The position numbers were made by a program, and so were the translations under genes. A stretch of DNA of 64,000 nucleotides from Blastocladiella emersonii ATCC 22665 (taxonomy: Eukaryota; Fungi; Blastocladiomycota). The notes under the pieces were generated by a model. It did no database searches and was not told where the DNA came from. It was given only the letters and a program-made list of their open reading frames with translations. Location: contig JANHCV010000009.1 of NCBI GenBank assembly GCA_025594325.1, positions 372,001 to 436,000 on the forward strand. The letters run 5' to 3'. Positions within the stretch are counted from its first letter, which is position 1, and the number at the start of each line of letters is the position of its first letter. Positions 36,185 through 47,983 of this stretch are shown here, piece after piece.

Positions 36185-36213
36185 GTCTCACACTCGGCGT
36201 GAGACAGTCACGC
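36185..36213 (+). promoter_or_regulatory. Family upstream motif GTCTC-N11-GAGACAGTCACGC
   Basis: About 80-105 bp upstream of ATG 36290. Confidence 0.6.
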
Positions 36214-36289
36214 GTTGACGTGAGGTCAGCTGTGGCGCCAGCGTGCGCTGTTCAAGCGGGGCGACGCCTGCACACGTACATGCAAACTC

Positions 36290-39200
36290 ATGGAACCACA
36301 CTTGCTGCATTCTGATAGTAGCCCTCGGATGCTACTCTCGGCGCTACCGGTCGAGCTTTTGACGACAATTCTTTGGCTCGCCCGTCCGACGCTTGCGCTT
36401 CACACCGCCACCCGCGAGCTCGGAGTGGTCGCGCGCACGAAACCAGTCGGAAACCTTTGGATCAAGTTTACCCTTACCCATGGGTTATCGGATCGGTCGG
36501 TTCATCGCCATGCCAACAATCGTGCCCATTTTGCAACCGAGATCAGCTCATTTCTCGAGGACGAGTTGATGAATGACCACCAGCGGCTTGCGCTCGGAGA
36601 CCTCGACTACCAGCTAATCACGTCTCTCTATTCCGTGTTCGTTGGGTAGTTGATTGAGCCCGTGCAAGCTTTACTACGCTCTCAAACTAATAGAGCAGTG
36701 CGCTCTTTTGAGGACAGCGTGACTGCGGCTATTGCGGCAAGGCCGGATGGCCATCTCGAACTGGCTGCGCAGAAGCCCATCTAGTCGCTCCTGCAAGTCC
36801 TTGCCTTTGCAACAGTCCGTCTTGATCCGCCTACGCTCTTGAAATTACTCTTTTCTGCCAAGCGGCAGGTTAACGCAGTGTTTCGCCTCAAGTTTACGTG
36901 TGACGTCTGGCTCAAGCTCGCGTGCAATCCTATCCGCTGCTCCGACCTTGCGGGTGCACTTGGCGCCAACCGATTGACCGTCGTCGAGTTTCTTTGCCTC
37001 TTATCCATTACACTGTGGAGCCGTCCGACTCTCGAGGTCTTCTTTGACCCGCGGTTGGAGGTGGACCAAAACTTGCTGTTTTCCTGCATCAATAACGCTG
37101 GATTTACCGACCTCCTGTTCGAGGACCTTACGCTCCACGGCTGTGCAGACGACATTCAGCACAACGTCGGCATTCTCGCTTGGCTCCTCTTGCATTGCTG
37201 GTTCCCAACTCAGCCGCTCGTCCATGATCGTCATATTGCGCGTTTCATTCAAAATGCAGCCGCGGGGTTCGGGCGGTCCGCGGCGGACTCCGCCAGCGGA
37301 CTTTCCGGATTTGGGTGAAATGAGTGGGCGGCGCGCGCGGTGGCTCACGGCGGTGCCGCTCGCGCTCCCGCCGCTGCGCACACCTCGCGTCTTGCGCCCT
37401 GTCCCGCACTTTTTCAGTCACATGATAACGCGACGCGCTCCTCCTCGTTGCGCTTGACCGCGCGCTCGCTCGCGCCGCTGGCGCCGCGGGCACGGGCGGC
37501 GTGCCGCGACCAGCGTCAGCGATGGAGCCAAGGACCGTCAGTTCGTGAGTGAAGTGAGCGGGCGACGCGTCTTCGTTTCGATCCGCGATGAATGAATAAC
37601 TTGACTTCGTGCGCCAGTCTAAGGTCAGGGCAACGTCGCGTCAGCTCAGACAATGCTCGCCCAGGCCAGCGGCGACAGTGCGCCATCACGAGCGCAACTG
37701 ACGTGGTTTGCAGCGCTGCAGGGCTCTCCGACGAGGTCCGCGTTCTCGCATGGTCTGATGGCGAAGTAGACATTCGGCGGACTGTGTGCCACCGCAAGCT
37801 GACTTGATGGGCTTCGCGTTGATGTTGGGCTCCACGGCGGGTGACGCGTCGGAGCACACTTCTGCACGCAACGCGGCGCCGCTGCAGCGTGCTTCTTTGT
37901 CGATGCAGCATGAGCCGATGCATGCTTCGACGGCTGGCAATTCCACGCTGATGCATATTTGACCGTCAGTGCTCATACCGCCAACGCGCGAGGGTGCTAG
38001 GCCGCGGGAAGGTCGCGAGTCGACACGGCGGCCGCGTCATGTGCGTGGCGCTTCGCGTCGTTGTTTGCAACGGAATCCAGGGCTAAATCAGATCGTTCGT
38101 AACACTCGGACACAATATTCTCGATGCCGCCGTAAAAAACTTCGCTGAGGGCGAATAGTGCTGCAAGACAGCCTGATGCGTGCCTGATGCCGCGCGGTAT
38201 GCTCACGGTAGGAGAGGACAGCGCGGCTGGTTACTTTCACTGAACAGCGGCGAAACAACGCGTTGAGCCGCCTCGCGCGGTTACGGCGATCGCGATGCAT
38301 CGCTACGGGGACAAGCACGCTTGGGGAGCGGGCGGACCAAGTCGCCTTCACCCAACCACAGCAACGAGCCCACGCGCGCGCCGCCGCGGATCGAGTTGGG
38401 GAGCTTGATAACGTACTCTTTGCTCAGTGCGCGCGGCTGTGGTGGCCCGATCGAAACGAAGACGCGTCGCCCGCTCACTTCACTCACGAACTGACGGTCC
38501 TTGGCTCCATCGCTGACGCTGGTCGCGGCACGCCGCCCGTGCCCGCGGCGCCAGCGGCGCGAGCGAGCGCGCGGTCAAGCGCAACGAGGAGGAGCGCGTC
38601 GCGTTATCATGTGACTGAAAAAGTGCGGGACAGGGCGCGAGACGCGAGGTGTGCGCAGCGGCGGGAGCGCGAGCGGCACCGCCGTGAGCCACCGCGCGCG
38701 CCGCCCACTCATTTCACCCAAATCCGGAAAGTCCGCTGGCGGAGTCCGCCGCGGACCGCCCGAACCCCGCGGCTGCATTTTGAATGAAACGCGCAATATC
38801 GCTGCCCGACTGTGCTTCGAGCCGAAACTACTTGCAGAGCTGGCGAAGTTGGACCAGTCCGTTTGCCCCGGCTCCCAGCTCCGTGTTCTTGGCAATATTC
38901 GCGATTCCGATCTGGACTTCGTTGCAGAACAAATGCGGCTTAGAAATGTTCCGGCTCGCGAGGAAGCATTGCTTATCCTGGGCGAGTTCAAGCTGCTCAA
39001 CGATCGTGCGTGGGGTGAACTGCTTGTCTTCGCGCTTCGCAAGCCGCGGGACGATCTTCTCGTATTCATTGTTCAGCGCCTTGGCGATCGCCTGCTCGGC
39101 GCGGCCAAAGAGGGTACGGTCGGAATTCCAACGTGCAATGACCACTTTGTAATCGAGCTCACATCAATCCCGGCGCCTCCGTTTAGCGTTCAAAATCAGC

Positions 39201-40199
39201 CTAGACCCTGCGCTGGACCAGTGCTTACCGCAAAGGATCTTCAGTTTTGTTCGTCGCCATCGCTCTTCAGCTCTTGTCGAAAGAGCTGCTCTTGACTGTG
39301 CAGACGTTGCGGCTGAGGTTGCCAGTTTCACAGCACACGGCTCGGGCGAACCGCCGCAAGACGCTGACGCACAACGCTTTGCGGGCGAGCTGCGCCGCAT
39401 CATCCAGCGTGTTTTCCAGCTTCCACTAGAGCTGAATACGTGGGACGCGTTTCTTCTTGCATCCGTCTTTGTCTCGCGATTTGACGTCTCGGTGTGTCTG
39501 CCCTTCGCGTGGATTCCTGCCGTCGTGCTCAACGATAGCAAATTAAGCGATTCTGCTCTCGAGCACGTCCGGAACCTCGGCATTAGCTCTCACTTTCTTG
39601 GGCTCATGATTGCCGCGCAGATTCAAGGCGGTATGAGCGATCGCGCGCTCGTACGCAGCACCTCCCGTCCCGGCTGCCACTATTGCGAAATTTCATGCCA
39701 GCGAGTGTGGTTCATTACCATGGAGCGACTCGCAGCGCTCAATCCGCGGACGTTTGTGCGCGACCTCCCGCAGTTCGCGTTTGACCAGCTTCGCAGGCTC
39801 CTCGATTCCGTCGACGACGTCGCGGTCGCTCAGCCGCTCAATCCTCCCCAAACGGTTCCGCACCCTGGTACTGCGTGTGAGCCCGTCGAAGCGCCCTTCC
39901 GCGAGCTCCTGCTGCTGCTTGTCCGCGGGGACCTTGCAACGCTCATTAACCGGCTGGGCGGTCGCAATGACGGCACCGTGCTCCCACTCTCGTTCTGGCG
40001 CGCGCTTCCGAATGGTGCTCTCGAGGGCGTCAAGGACGCGTACTGGATTGCCCAGACAGTGGTTGGGTTCAGCAAGTGCGCCACGCGTGGCAAGCAGGAG
40101 CTCCGCCCCGTTCTCAAGGAGATTCGTCGCGTTGCGCTCGCGACCACGGCCAGCCAGGCGTATCTCGCCGCTGTCGTGTCCTTGATCCACGAAGATTAG
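36290..40199 (+). pseudogene. A+B family copy with premature stops and a long-TIR insertion
   Basis: LSALPVELLTTILWLARP; TAG at 36647 and 36781; A resumes at 38796 (IAARLCFEPKLL); B ORF 39492-40199. Confidence 0.85.
37237..38795. mobile_element. 1.56-kb non-autonomous element with 347-bp terminal inverted repeats
   Basis: 37237-37583 is the reverse complement of 38449-38795 (one mismatch seen). ATAT (or TA) target duplication; removal restores CGT CAT ATC GCT. Confidence 0.9.
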
Positions 40200-40611
40200 G
40201 TTTTCCTTGAATACATCAATTGATTCTCATCCGTGGGCCGTTGCCTTCGTCTCTCGTCTCTGAGGGACGGCCGGCGGCGTTGGTCCCCACCGACGTGAAA
40301 ACTTGAGAACTCGTCGCTCATGCGTTGGTTGTCGCCGCGCAGCGCCGTTCAGCTCACTTTCAGGACCGAGCCATCAGGTTGCTCGTTGAGCTCGAAAAGC
40401 GGTCGCCCGCAAACGCGTCTCGCAACGCGAGACACTCGGTCACGTGCCGCGTCAGGTGATGCGAGCGACTCGTTCCGTCGACGCGTTTCGCCGCGTCTCC
40501 GTGTTCAGCCGTCCCATCGCGCGCGTGTCAGCTGCCGATCGCTCTTCTCTGCTTCAAGCGACCGCACGAAACTCCGCTACGAACCAACCCCACGCATTGC
40601 TACCAGCTACC

Positions 40612-41361
40612 ATGTCCGACGCAGGATCCGACGTTGACCCGCAGGAGCAGGCGCCGACCATCGGGGTGCGTCTCTCCTAGACTCGCGCTGAAGAGGGGCG
40701 CGATCTCACACCCCTCAAACCCGCGTAGACGTACGAGGGCGAGCGCATGGCGACGGGCGAGCGGCACGGCAAGGGCCGGAACACGTTCCCGAACGGCGAC
40801 ATTTACGAGGGCGAGTACTCGGTCGGCCGGCGCGAGGGCACGGGCACCTACACGTGGAAGAAGCCGCGCGCGCTGTACGTCGGCGGGTACCGCGCCAACG
40901 TGCGTCACGGCGCGGGCGCCATGGTGTACCCGGACGGCGGGCGGTACCGCGGCGAGTGGGCGCTGGGTCGGCGGCACGGCGCCGGGCTGTACGTGTACCC
41001 GAACGGCGACACGTACGACGGCGAGTGGGCCGAGGACCTCAAGCACGGCAAGGGCGTGTACACGTTTGCGGCGACGGGCAGCCGTGTGGCCGGGACCTGG
41101 GACAAGGGGTTTTTGTCGGGGGCGGCGGAGATCGCGCACCGCGACCACGTCGTGCGCGGGAACTACACGCACATCCGCGAGTCCGTGCCGGTGAACCCGG
41201 ACGACGACAGCGCAGGGACGGTCGAGGTCGTCAAGGCCGCCAAGCTCGAGCTCCCGTGCGCAGTCGAGTTCAAGAAGTCGGGCCACGTTGTGCCGTCGTG
41301 CTGGGTCCCCGAGCAGGTCGGGCTCGGCGTGCCCGTGGCCGCGGACGACGCGGACAAGTGA
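40612..41361 (+). CDS. RSPH1: Radial spoke head 1 homolog (MORN repeats)
   Basis: MSDAGSD..IG|TYEGER..GERHGKGRNTFPNGDIYEGEY..YPDGGRYRGEW..YPNGDTYDGEW..TGSRVAGTW..AEIAH follows the RSPH1 layout. Confidence 0.85.
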
Positions 41362-41420
41362 AGGTTGGGTAGTGATGGCGTTTATCGACATGGGGGAATA
41401 CAACTGCACTTCTTTTTCCT

Positions 41421-43877
41421 CTACAACGGATAGTTTGCAAAACTGCCAGCGTGCGAGAACTGCTGCTGCTGGTGGTGGTGGTGGTCGCCCGCGACCGCTG
41501 CAGACCACTCGGCGCCAGCGGCGACGGGATCGTGGCTCGGCACAACGTAGTTGCCCTGCTGGTGGCCCCACGGCGCCGCCGCCGCGTGCCACGCGGACAC
41601 GTCTGGCGTGAGCCCGAGCGCCGTGAGCGCAGCCGACGCCGCGGGCGCGAGGTCCTCGGGGTGCGACGGGACGAGCGGCGCCTGCGCCACGTCCACTGCC
41701 GCTACCTGCTTCTTGCCCGCGGCCGCCGCGGTGCTGCGCTTCTTCTTCTTCTTGCGGGCGCCGGGCATCGGGTCGGTCCCGGCCGGCACGCACTTGATGA
41801 CCCAGTACATGCGGTCCCACGACCCCTCGGTGTTGCCACCGACCGTCGCCCCCGTGCCCGCACCGACGTACGCCGTGACGCGCGCCGGGTAATACCCGCC
41901 TCGCCCATCGCACACGCGGACGGTCCACCGCCACACGGGCGACCCGGGCGCGCGGCCCGCCATGTCTGACGCGTCGGTCGCGAGGTCCGGGTCCGGGTCC
42001 GTCTCGCCGGGGAGCGTGACCGAGTCGGGTGGGATCTCTGCGGTCGCGGGCGCGAGGTCGGGTACGTCGGCCGAGCGCACGGGCAGGCCGCGGCCGGGCA
42101 CCCCCGCGGCCATCGCGAACGCGCGCGCCTGGGCTACGCCCCCTTCGCCGCCCCCATCGCGCAGCGCGTTGTCGATGGCGCGCATGAGCGCGGGGAGGGC
42201 GATGATCGGCGCCGCGTCGGCGGGGTGGACGAGGTCGACGACGCTGCGGTTTGCGAGCGCGAGGAGGGACAGGCGGCTGAAGTACATGAAGGCGGGGGTA
42301 GTCGTGCCGGCGGCGCCCGCGAGCGAGGACTCGCTCAACGGCTGGTGGTGGCCGCGCCGCGTCACGAAGATCACCTGGCCGATGGTCAGGTCCATGGCCG
42401 CGTACAGGACGAGCGAGGCGGGTGGGATCGGGGCGCGGCGCGATGGGAGGCGGACAGTCGCGGTGGGCGGGTCAGCGGTTGGTGTGGGTAGCGGCGGCTC
42501 GGCCTGCTCGGCCGGCGGGTGTGGCGCGATCGGTACGAGGCCCGCGGCGACCGCTATCGCCTGCTGCTGCACCTGCTGCTCGTGCGCCTGCTGCTGCTGC
42601 TCGTGCGCCGCGGCCGCCATCGCCGGGTGCACTAACGCCGTCGGCGTCGGCGTCGGCGTCGGCGTGACCGGCCCCGCGCCCGCGCTCTCCGCCGCCGAAC
42701 TCGGCCGCCTCGCCGTAGCCCGCGCGACGGCCGCGAGCATCTCCTTGGGGTGCGGGAGACTCGGCTCGGCGGCAGCGCTGCGCGTGCGGCCGGGCCCGGT
42801 CCCAAAACTGCGCGTGCCCGACTTGCCGGCGGCCGCGGGCGTCGTGAGACCAAGCGAGGAGGACGCGGACGAGGATTTGCGCCGGCGCAGGCTGCCCGCG
42901 GCGCCGCGAGCTGCGCGCGAGGAGGAAGTGGCGGGTGCGGGAGGGTCGGGTTCGGCGGCGGGCGCGAGCGTGTACATCGGGTGCGGGTGCAGGTGCTGGT
43001 CGGGCGACACGGCGGCGGGTGCGGCGGCGGGTGCAGAGACGACGCGTAGGGTCGCGGTTGGGCTCATGGCGCCGCCACCCGCGGGCGCTGCCGAGACTGG
43101 CGCGGCTGAGACGGGCGGCGGGTACGCGTATGGCGCGTATGCCGCGCGGCTGCTGCCGGCGGCGGTGGCGGGGAACGGGACGGTGCGCGGGCGGAGCTGC
43201 CGGAAACCGCCCGCGCCCGTGGCGCCGCCGGCCGAGGCGGAAGCCGAAGGGTCCGGCAGAGACGGGCGCCGCGCTCCGCCAGACAGAGGAGGGACCGACG
43301 GCTCGCGCGACCAGCTGCGCGGGCTCGTCGGGCGGACCGAGAGGAGGCTGTTGCGGCGCCCGCCGGTGGCGTAGCCCGAGGCGGTCTCGGTGGAAGCGGG
43401 TAGCGGCGGACCGGCGGGGTCGGGGGTGATGGTACCGAGGAGGTGCTGGATCGACGGCAGCGATGGGCGGCGCGCGCGGTTCGCGGGCGCGGGCGTGGGT
43501 TCCGCTGCCGCGAGGTGCTGCGGTGCGTGGTGATACATAGGCGCGGCGGTGGCGGAGGGTTGCGCGTAGTAGGGGTGTGGATTCATGGGAGAGGAGGAAG
43601 GGACGAGGTCGAGGAAGGCGTTGACGTCGAGGTCGTCGCGCAGCTGCTGCAGCGGGTCGGGCCCGGGGTCGCCGCCGTCTTGATGAGGTGCGGTGGTGGC
43701 GGCGGCGAACTGGGCGGCGGCGAGCGGGTCCCACGCCGGGTAATGAGGAGCGGGCTGCCCGAACGAGGAGGCGGAGGAGGGCGGGAGGACGAACGCGGAC
43801 GCGAGAGAGGGAGGAGCGGGAGCGTCGGCAGTCGACGCGGGCCACGCTGGAAGGGACGACCGCGACGAGGCCGCCAT
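41421..43877 (-). CDS. Low-complexity Pro/Ala-rich protein with PAS-like segment and basic NLS
   Basis: 818-aa ATG ORF; SVVDLVHPAD; beta-rich WRWTVRV..RVTAYVG..MYWVIKCV; RKKKKKR. Confidence 0.6.
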   Translation of the reverse strand: MAASSRSSLPAWPASTADAPAPPSLASAFVLPPSSASSFGQPAPHYPAWDPLAAAQFAAATTAPHQDGGDPGPDPLQQLRDDLDVNAFLDLVPSSSPMNPHPYYAQPSATAAPMYHHAPQHLAAAEPTPAPANRARRPSLPSIQHLLGTITPDPAGPPLPASTETASGYATGGRRNSLLSVRPTSPRSWSREPSVPPLSGGARRPSLPDPSASASAGGATGAGGFRQLRPRTVPFPATAAGSSRAAYAPYAYPPPVSAAPVSAAPAGGGAMSPTATLRVVSAPAAAPAAVSPDQHLHPHPMYTLAPAAEPDPPAPATSSSRAARGAAGSLRRRKSSSASSSLGLTTPAAAGKSGTRSFGTGPGRTRSAAAEPSLPHPKEMLAAVARATARRPSSAAESAGAGPVTPTPTPTPTALVHPAMAAAAHEQQQQAHEQQVQQQAIAVAAGLVPIAPHPPAEQAEPPLPTPTADPPTATVRLPSRRAPIPPASLVLYAAMDLTIGQVIFVTRRGHHQPLSESSLAGAAGTTTPAFMYFSRLSLLALANRSVVDLVHPADAAPIIALPALMRAIDNALRDGGGEGGVAQARAFAMAAGVPGRGLPVRSADVPDLAPATAEIPPDSVTLPGETDPDPDLATDASDMAGRAPGSPVWRWTVRVCDGRGGYYPARVTAYVGAGTGATVGGNTEGSWDRMYWVIKCVPAGTDPMPGARKKKKKRSTAAAAGKKQVAAVDVAQAPLVPSHPEDLAPAASAALTALGLTPDVSAWHAAAAPWGHQQGNYVVPSHDPVAAGAEWSAAVAGDHHHHQQQQFSHAGSFANYPL

Positions 43878-46103
43878 GGCGACGAGGACGAGCAGGGCAG
43901 CAGGGAGGGATTCTCACGCGGCGATCGGCCGGCTACACGGAGGAGTGTGCGCGCACGCGTGCGAACGCTGTGAGGCGCGAATCCGGGTCGCATGACGCGG
44001 CGCGTGGCGGTGTGTGAGTCGTGTGCATCATGTCGCGCGGGTCCGTTGTTCGGGGGAGGGGACGAGGATGAAGAAGGGGCCGGTGTCCGCACGCAGCTCA
44101 TGCAGCTCGCTTGCGCGCGCGCACGCCGAACAGCGAACGAACCGAATCCGCGCTCGTGCCCGATTTGTTTCGCCCCGCGGCGATTGGTTCGCCGCCGCGG
44201 GTTTGCACGCGCACGCGCATGGTCATGCCGCCTGCTGCAGCTGCCGCGCCGCCGCCGCGGCCGTCGCGATGAACGTGCCGCGGACGCCGACGCGGACGCA
44301 TGAAGGTCGGCGCGATCGGATCGCGACCGCGCGCAAGCTTCATGCAGCGTCGGCGACGGAGGCGAGGCGATCGACGACGAGTGGCGGGCCGATGGATCCG
44401 AAACGGGTTCGTCCGCGCGCCGCGCCGCCTCGCTCCGCCCGACGAAATGAACGTCGGGTTGGTCGGATCAGCGACGCATCACGACATGACACGACGAGCG
44501 CGCGCGCACGCACGCGTTGGTAGTCGTGGCCAAGCCCACCCCGTGCGAGCGGGGCCGACGGGACTGCGGAGCTTCGAGGTCGAGCGCGTGCACGCGCGCG
44601 CGCACGCAAGAATCGCCGGCGGTGGCCAGCGGCCCGCGTCATGTGTCCGCGACGACGTGACTGACTCGATTTCCTCCGCTGCGCGCGTGCGCGTGCGCGG
44701 TGGACGAGGCCGGAAGTGGACGAGGAAGGGAGCGCGTTCGAGCGAAAGGGAACAGCGATGAGGATGAGGGAGCGTACCGGTCGTCGATGTTGAAAGTCGT
44801 TGGCCGTTGACCACGATGGCGACGCAGGGTTCGCGTGGGACTACGCGGCGATCATGGACAAGGGGGTCAGCGACGGTTTCACGCCGGTTGCGCTGATGTG
44901 GGAAGCGTTGCAACCGCGGCAGCTCGTCTGCAGCTGCGGGGAAGCAAGGCTTGCGATGGGAACGCGAGGGACGAGCGGTCGCGGCGGCGCCCGAAGCTAA
45001 TCGCGTACCGATGCGGGTACTTGCCCCAGGAGATCGCGGTCGAGGAACCGCAGAGTGAGGCGTTGCAAGCAGTGCGAGCGAGGATAAGGAGAAGAGAGAG
45101 AGAGGAGAGGGAGCAAGGGGGCAGCAGCGTTTTGGGGCCGGCGGAGCGCGGCAGTTGTTCCGCGGATCTGCACCGACCGGGAGGGAGCACAAGACGCGAC
45201 CTTTGCGGGGGCGCGTGCTCGCTCAGCCTTGCGCACAGCTTGCTTGTGGGACTGACCCTTGAGCCTTGATGAAGTCATCGAGCTCGAGCGAGGACCCAGC
45301 CAGCAGGGCCCACGAGCGGCCAGCGGCGACCCCTGAGCACGGCTCCTCGCCCGCGCGTTGGGTTGTTCGCTGTGCTCCGCTCCCGCCCGGACCCCGCCGC
45401 GAGAGCACTCGCCAGGCAGAGCGCTCGCTTGGCCCGCAATCCGCTGAGCGGGTGTCCTCTCTCGTTCATCACCGTGACGCGTTGAGCTCTTGATCTGGCC
45501 TTCACCACCACCACGTCGTCGTCGACAACAACGTCGTCGTTCATGGTGACGACGGCCTCCACGAAGCTGACTGAGCAGCCGCGCCCGCTGCGATTAATCG
45601 GCGCGTGCGCGCGTCGCCGAATCCGGTCCCTTGATGGCCGTGTGATCGCGCCCGCGGGTCATGCGGGTCCCTCGCGCGCGGTAATTTCTCCGCGGGTCGA
45701 GCCGGCGACGTCCTTTTCTCGCCGGGAACCGGTTTGCGCTCGGCCTTGGTGCGTGATGTCAAGTTGCAGGATGTGAGGGTGAGGGGAGGAACCGAATTCA
45801 GCGCCAAGGACGCGACGCGACTTGAGGGCGGTGAGTCGTGCGCGTCACCGTCGAGGCGGAAGACGCCATCGCCGTCGCCGTCGCCGCGAACAATCGGTCG
45901 AGGCCGCCCTCATGAAAGTCTGAAACCTGAGCGCGGATGACCAGCAACGTCGTCGTGATCGTGGCCGTGATGGTGTTGTCGGGCAGCGACGCGTCTCGCA
46001 GCGCGTCTCGCACGTCTCGGATCGGCCCACGTGATGCTTCGAGCCACCTCGCCGCCGTCGACCTCGCGCGCGCTCTCGCTGTCGCTTGCAGCGGAAACCC
46101 GCC

Positions 46104-47779
46104 ATGGCGCCCCTCCTGCACCTCGTCGAGCGGCTCGACAACGTGCAGTTCGTCGAGCCTTACACGGCGAGTGACGTCCGGCCATGGAAAATGTAACTCT
46201 CTCATGCAACCATGTCACGCTATGCACCAACCACCCGCTCACCCTCCCCTGGATGGTCAGGAACCTGGTCGCCGCGACGGCGCACGCGCCGCACATCGTC
46301 TTCCTCGCGGTCGGCTCCGAGATCCGGTGCTACCACCTGAACCCCGTCACGCTCGCGTGCGCGACCAAGAAGCCGTTCCACGTCCTGCGCCTCTCGCTCG
46401 AGCCCGGCGAGGCGGATGAAGATGCCGGGGTTAACCAGATCAAGTGCGGGTTTCTCGGCGAGGACGAGGTGCTTGTTTCCGCCGACGATCTCGGACGGTA
46501 CGTCCGCTCCCGCGCGACGTGCCACGTTGCGGGCCAACCTGACCCTGCGGTCGCCCGTGTAGCGTCGCCGTGTGGCCCGTGTCCAACCTCGCCCTACCTC
46601 CGCGCATGTTCCGCGTCGAGGACTCGGCGTGGGGCATCGCCATCCACCAAGACCTGCACCTCGTCGCCGTGTCGTGCAACGCGCACACCGTGACCGTCTT
46701 CGACCTGCGCCCGCCCGACGCGCAGGCGGCGAACCCCGCGCTCGGGCGTGACCCGGACACGGGCGTCCCGCTCGCGCAGCGGCACATTGCGGCCCACTCG
46801 AACAACATCCCCGCCGTCGCGATCAGCGCGAGCGGCTGCATACTCGCGTCCGTCTCGATCGACTCGTCGTGCCGGCTCTGGGATCTCGCCACGGGGGAGT
46901 GTATCGGGTGGAACACGCTCGATGACTGGTACGCTTGGCGCGTAATGGGTTTGCGCGGGGTACCGCTGACACGCGCGACTGTGTAGGGGATGGCAGGTCG
47001 AATTCATCCCGCCCTCGTCGTTCGAGTTCACCCACCCCGCCGCCGATGACGACGCGCTCCGTGCCACCACCGGCCCCGCCGGCCGCGCGCCCGCCGAGCA
47101 GGTCCTGTGCACCACGCGCAACGCCGCGTGCCTGTTTGAGGCCCCGCGCCTCGATCCCGCACCTGCAGCGTCCGCCGAAAGCAAACGCACGCCCGTCCTC
47201 CGCTGCACCGCGCAGGCGGACCTCCGCGTCCCGCGCCGCCCCGCGCTCTTCTGGCTCATCCAGTTCCAGCGCCTGTGCATGCTGCTCCCGCTCCACGGGC
47301 TGCCCGTCGCGGTCGCCGTCAACCAGCTCGGGGTCGCGGTCATTGTGCACTTGTCGGTCCGGACCAAGGCTGAGCCGGTCGCGGACGACGGCGAGGCGGT
47401 GCCGCTGGCTCTCGCCGCCGCCGACCTCCTCCTCGCCCCACCCGTCTCCCCTCCCCCACCACCACCACCCACTACGACCACCGCCCCGCGCGACCCCGTC
47501 CCTGCCCTCAAGTACTCCCTGCGCGACGTACAGTGGCTCCCGCTCGAGTCCGACTCGGACCGCATCATGTCCCCCGTCGTTGGCGCGTTCGCGGTCCGCC
47601 GACCCATCGTCGACCCCCTCGGCACCGGCGCGCCCGAACACTCGGTCGCGTACCGCGTCACGCTCGTGTACCACGACAGCACCGCGCGGTGTTTCAACGT
47701 CAGTGTGGTGAGCGCGGAGCCGCTCAGGGTGTATGTGGGCGAGGTCGGCGAGGAGAGTGTGGCCGTGTCCTCAGAGTGA
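46104..47779 (+). CDS. CRT10-like WD40 protein, multi-exon
   Basis: RPWK|NLVA..VNQIKCGFLGEDEVLVSADDLG..SAWGIAIH..VAVSCNAHTVTVF..HSNNIPAV..SIDSSCRLWD. Confidence 0.75.
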
Positions 47780-47983
47780 ATACAAGTCAGTTTTGTGTAG
47801 CTACAGCCAGATCAGGGCGAGCGGGCAGGAGGAACGCGTCGGCCGGTCGCTGGACGCGCCTGGCAACGCGGTCATGTGACGCGAAACTGTCTCGCGCCTC
47901 GCCGCTGAGCCGATCCGCCTGCTCCCTCCCCTCCTGATGCCTCCCCGTTGAATGGATCGAACCCCCCAGTACATGCAACGACC

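Noticed and set aside
37001-39069. Duplicated ORFs with identical peptides on opposite strands
   Set aside because: Artefact of the 347-bp inverted repeats.
44000-46100. Many short ORFs between the PAS-like and CRT10-like genes
   Set aside because: Arg/Ala-rich GC artefacts with no codon bias or motifs.
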